From contig CAVUCU010000005.1 of NCBI GenBank assembly GCA_963740085.1, forward strand, positions 192,001 through 256,000: a stretch of DNA of 64,000 nucleotides. The letters are read 5' to 3'. The stretch comes from Nitrospirota bacterium. Lineage in GTDB: Bacteria; Nitrospirota; UBA9217. The notes below the pieces were generated by a model. That model saw only the letters and a list, made by a program, of their open reading frames with translations. It did no database searches and was not told where the DNA came from. Below, piece after piece: positions 60,520-64,000 of this stretch (positions within the stretch are counted from its first letter, which is position 1; each line of letters opens with the position of its first letter). Both the position numbers and the translations under genes were made by a program.

Positions 60520-61023
60520 TTATTCCATCAGGCCGTCAATCAGATGGATGACCATCTGTTTTGCCTTCCGGTCGACCCGCTTTATCACTTCCTTCGTTGC
60601 GGGGAGATAGACTTCCTTCATCCCGCGTTTCATCACATACACGTCGTTACTGCCCGTTTCGAAGATGTCCACGACGGTGCCGAGCTTCTCGCCATCCTCG
60701 GAAAGCACCTCCATGCCGATGAGTTCGTACCAGTAATACTGCCCTTCGGGCAGCGGGACCGTGTCTTCCTCGGGGATCTTGACGAGCCACCCGTTCAGCG
60801 CCTTTGCCTTCTCGGGAGAATCGTACCCGTCAAAAAGAAGGAGAGGGACGTCGCCGGCGTACCGAACGGACTTTACTTTGCAAACGATCTCCTTGCCTGC
60901 CGGTGAGACCAGATACACCCGGCCCAGGTCCTTGAAGCGCCCGGGGAAGTCTGTCATGAGCCCGATCTTCATCTCGCCCTTGACGCCGAATGGTTTCATC
61001 GCCTTGCCGATCGTGATGAGCAT
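60520..61023 (-). CDS. rimM: 16S rRNA processing protein RimM
   Basis: IG....FGVKGE, LPEG.YY..ELIG, ETGSNDV, VD.....M. Confidence 0.94.
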   Translation of the reverse strand: MLITIGKAMKPFGVKGEMKIGLMTDFPGRFKDLGRVYLVSPAGKEIVCKVKSVRYAGDVPLLLFDGYDSPEKAKALNGWLVKIPEEDTVPLPEGQYYWYELIGMEVLSEDGEKLGTVVDIFETGSNDVYVMKRGMKEVYLPATKEVIKRVDRKAKQMVIHLIDGLME

Positions 61024-61070
61024 AGTTCTCAGCTGACCAGCTTGAAAGCCGGCAGGCCCGCAGGCTGGCC

Positions 61071-61337
61071 CTACTTCGCTGCCTCTGCGAACTGCTTCAT
61101 GATCCCAACCTTGGAGAGCAGGGTCCGAGCCGTATCAGAGGGGACTGCGCCCTTCTTGAGCCAGTCCAATGTCTTGGTCTGGTCAACCTTGATCTCCGCC
61201 GGCTTCTTGAGCGGGTCGTAGATACCGACCATCTCGATAAAGCGGCCGTCTCTCGGCGACCGGGCATCCGCCACCACGAGCCGGTAGTACGGCTTCTTGT
61301 GGGTTCCCATCCGTTTCAGTCTGATCTTTACAGCCAT
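61071..61337 (-). CDS. rpsP: 30S ribosomal protein S16
   Basis: [40 protein letters not shown]. Confidence 0.97.
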   Translation of the reverse strand: MAVKIRLKRMGTHKKPYYRLVVADARSPRDGRFIEMVGIYDPLKKPAEIKVDQTKTLDWLKKGAVPSDTARTLLSKVGIMKQFAEAAK

Positions 61338-61354
61338 GTGTTCACCTCTTTCGT

Positions 61355-61476
61355 TAAATACAATTTCTAATTTCTCTTCTAAACTCCAAACAATTTTTTT
61401 AAATTTGAATTTTCAAAACTATTTGGATATTTTCCCTGCAATTTAAGCTTATTTCGGATTTCGATATGAGAATTTA
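61355..61476. repeat. 7-nt-period inverted element (AATTTCT AATTTCT..AAACTCC ... CGGATTT CGATATG AGAATTT)
   Basis: Between ffh and rpsP. Confidence 0.65.
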
Positions 61477-61484
61477 ACACGTGC

Positions 61485-62822
61485 CTATCGGAATCCGCCG
61501 AGCATTTTTCCTATATTGCCAATCTTCCCCATCTTGCCGCCCGACATTGACTTTATCATCTTGCGCATCTCGGCGAACTGCTTCAGGAGCCGGTTCACAT
61601 CCTGCACCTGGGTCCCACTGCCTTTGGCGATGCGGGCCCTGCGGCTGCCGTTGATGATCAGATAGTCGATCCGTTCCTTGGTGGTCATGGAGCTGATGAT
61701 CGCGTCGACCTTCATCAGTTCCTTTTCATTCACCTGCGCATCGGGGAGCTTCATCTTGCCCATCCCGGGGATCATTCCCATGATCTGCTCAAGACCGCCG
61801 AGTTTTTTCACCTGCTTTAACTGGTCGCGGAAATCATCCAGGTCGAAGGAGTTCTTCTTGAGCTTCTTCGCAAGCTTGAGCGCCTCTTCCCGGTCAACGC
61901 CCTCCTGCGCCTTCTCGATGAGCGACATCACGTCGCCCATGCCGAGGATGCGCGAGGCCATGCGGTCCGGATGGAACGGCTCGAGGGCATCGAGCTTCTC
62001 GCCCATGCCCACGAACTTGAGCGGCTTACCGGTAACGGACCTGACCGAGAGCGCCGCGCCGCCGCGCGCATCGCCATCGAGCTTGGTCAGGACCACGCCG
62101 TCAAATCCCAGGTCGGCGTTGAACTTCGAGGCGATATTCACGGCCTCCTGGCCGGTCATCGCATCGGCCACGAACAGTACTTCGCTCGGCTTGACCCCGG
62201 CCTTGATCTGCCGGAGCTCATCCATGAGCGGCTCGTCTATCTGAAGCCGGCCCGCCGTATCAAGGATCACTACCTCATACAGAGATGAAGCTGCCTGCTT
62301 GACCGCCGCGCGGCAAATGACAACAGGGTCCTGCTCTTCCGACAGATAGGCATCCACCCCCACCTGCTTCGCAAGGGTAACGAGCTGCTGGACCGCTGCC
62401 GGCCTCCGCGTATCTGCGGGGACCAGAAGGACCCTGCGTCCGTCCTTTTTGAAATTCTTCGCCAGCTTGCCGGCCGTGGTCGTCTTGCCGGAGCCCTGCA
62501 AGCCGACCAGCATTATGACGGTCGGCGGGTTCGGCGACAGATAAAGCTTTGCGTGCGTTCCGCCAAGGAGCGTCACGAGTTCCTCGTGGACGATCTTGAT
62601 GACCTGCTGGCCCGGGGTAAGGCTTGAAAGTATCTCCTGCCCAACTGCCCGTTCCTGGACCTTGCCGATGAAGTCCTTCACCACCTTGAAGTTTACGTCG
62701 GCTTCAAGGAGCGCAAGACGAACTTCGCGCAGGGCCTCTTTAACATCATCTTCTTTGAGAACGCCTCTGCCGCGGAGCTTCTTGAAAACGGACTCTAATT
62801 TACCGCTTAAGGAATCAAACAT
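61485..62822 (-). CDS. ffh: Signal recognition particle protein Ffh
   Basis: ALLEADV, GLQGSGKTTT, DTAGR, TKLDGDARGG, FHPDR.ASRILGMGD, Met-rich M domain. Confidence 0.98.
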   Translation of the reverse strand: MFDSLSGKLESVFKKLRGRGVLKEDDVKEALREVRLALLEADVNFKVVKDFIGKVQERAVGQEILSSLTPGQQVIKIVHEELVTLLGGTHAKLYLSPNPPTVIMLVGLQGSGKTTTAGKLAKNFKKDGRRVLLVPADTRRPAAVQQLVTLAKQVGVDAYLSEEQDPVVICRAAVKQAASSLYEVVILDTAGRLQIDEPLMDELRQIKAGVKPSEVLFVADAMTGQEAVNIASKFNADLGFDGVVLTKLDGDARGGAALSVRSVTGKPLKFVGMGEKLDALEPFHPDRMASRILGMGDVMSLIEKAQEGVDREEALKLAKKLKKNSFDLDDFRDQLKQVKKLGGLEQIMGMIPGMGKMKLPDAQVNEKELMKVDAIISSMTTKERIDYLIINGSRRARIAKGSGTQVQDVNRLLKQFAEMRKMIKSMSGGKMGKIGNIGKMLGGFR

Positions 62823-62851
62823 ACAGTACACCCGCCTGACAAAGAATTGTA

Positions 62852-62880
62852 AATATATAAGATAAGTCCATTATTGTCAA
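62852..62880 (-). promoter_or_regulatory. sigma70 promoter of ffh operon
   Basis: TTGACA-N17-TATATT. Confidence 0.65.
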
Positions 62881-62975
62881 GGGTTTTCTATCGGCAAGTC
62901 CCGCCGCACGAAAACGATCGGATTTCATGTCATTAAACAGAAACAATAAAGTCAGCAGACAAGCAGGAAATTATA

Positions 62976-63004
62976 TTGACTAAGGCTAAAGCTGCAATTA
63001 TAAT
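62976..63004 (+). promoter_or_regulatory. sigma70 promoter of rhodanese selenoprotein gene
   Basis: TTGACT-N17-TATAAT. Confidence 0.7.
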
Positions 63005-63103
63005 ATCTTTAGTCCGTCACTTCTCGGGTTGCATTCCCTTTTTCAGAAAGCAAAGCTGCCGAAATGATTGAAAAAATCTGCCGCATCGCGAAAGGAAAAA
63101 AAT

Positions 63104-64000
63104 ATGTTGCATAAACGATTTATGAGCATCAGCTGCGCAGCGGCCATGGTTTTCGGTCTGGCAATGACCGCCGACCTGTCGGTTGCGCAGGAAAAAGCTG
63201 CCGTTATGACAGCGCAGCAGGCAAAACCAACCATCGCCAAATCGTGTACGAGTTGTCACCAGGCACAAGAAGGGAACCTCCGGGGTAATTTCGACAATGT
63301 TGCGTTTAAAAGCCGGTCCATCCAGCTCAAGATAGACGACAGCACTGAGATCCTCAAGTTCGATGAAAAAACCATCAAAGTAGTCACCGCAGACAAGACC
63401 GAAGACGCCGAGGCACTCAGGGACATCAAGAAAGGACACGAGGTCCGCATAGTATTTACGGAAAAGAACGGCATCAAGACCGCCTCTCTTGTCTCAATAA
63501 AACCGCCCATCAAGGTCGCTCCCCAGAAGCTCATGACCACTGCCGAGGTCGAAAAGCTCGTGGCCATGGGTCCGGAGAAAGGGAAATACACCCTCATCGA
63601 TGCACGCCCGGCGCCTCGGTTCATGGAAGGCTCGATCCCCACGGCGATCAACATCTCCTTTGCAGCTTTTGATAAAAACATCGACAAGCTTCCCAAGGAC
63701 AAGAATGCGCTCATCATTTACTATTGTGGTGGCGTCACCTGAGCAATGAGCCCTAACTCTGCCGGTAAGGCGGAGAAGCTCGGTTATGCCAACGTAAAAG
63801 TGTATCATGAAGGTCTGCCCGTATGGTCCAGGAACAACTACTCCGTTCTTTCTGCACAGTTCCTCAAGGAGGCATGGATCGACAAGGATATCCCCTCGGT
63901 GATCCTCGATATCCGCCCGGTTGATGTTGCCAAAAGAGGCTTCATCAAGGGTGCCGTATCCCTTCCCGCAGCGGATGTTGAAAATTCCCTCGCCAGGTTC
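63104..64000 (+). CDS. Secreted CxxCH + multi-rhodanese protein with in-frame UGA (putative selenocysteine); continues beyond window
   Basis: Signal peptide, CTSCH, IDARP...GSIPTAINI...YYCGGVT-UGA-AMSPNSAGKAEKLGYANVKVYHEGLPVW, then start of a second rhodanese domain (LDIRP...GFIKGAV); frame open to window end. Confidence 0.85.
63748..63781 (+). promoter_or_regulatory. Bacterial SECIS-like hairpin
   Basis: GAGC...CTCTGCC-GGTAA-GGCGGAG..GCTC; G-initiated apical loop begins 22 nt after the UGA at 63740-63742. Confidence 0.75.

Noticed and set aside
1723-61476. Short repeats as CRISPR arrays
   Set aside because: No identical 23-47 nt repeats with regular spacers and no cas genes; units are 7-9 nt and degenerate
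129-62865. Numerous long antisense ORFs (e.g. 20078..21223, 25543..26658, 42244..43332, 46200..47393)
   Set aside because: Shadow ORFs opposite well-supported genes, typical of GC-rich codon usage; no recognisable motifs

Overview
A 64 kb bacterial chromosomal segment with GC-rich coding regions and AT-rich spacers. Gene content and order suggest an anaerobic Nitrospirota/Desulfobacterota-like organism (inference). Left to right: envC(partial)-ftsXE and a split transketolase; tRNA-Leu(CAA) followed by an integrase relic and an accessory stretch (triheme c7 cytochrome, tandem PilZ, macro domain, EndoQ, DUF6504, VF530, T4-EndoV-like glycosylase, nitroreductase, TRL lipoproteins, kinase, methyltransferase); a large TCA/anaplerotic cluster (ThDP enzyme with six frameshifts, SSADH, REC-degenerate GGDEF, citrate synthase, aconitase, GDH, malic enzyme, fumC, sdhCAB); a liv-type ABC transporter, CBS-ACT protein and PEPCK; then housekeeping genes (purH, PPi-PFK, moaA/C, short S1, rimO, ffh-rpsP-rimM-trmD-rplS-rnhB-yraN). 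Highlights: (1) a hidden selenoprotein at the right edge, a secreted CxxCH + multi-rhodanese protein whose in-frame UGA is followed by a clear SECIS-like hairpin; (2) over 15 intra-operon junctions holding degenerate palindromic short-period repeat elements (7-nt and 8/9-nt period families plus REP-like palindromes), some enclosing cargo or translated inside proteins; (3) a possible 2-oxoglutarate decarboxylase/SSADH TCA bypass; (4) a 6S-like structured RNA candidate; (5) several apparently leaderless genes. All product calls come from motif recognition by eye; no database search was run.
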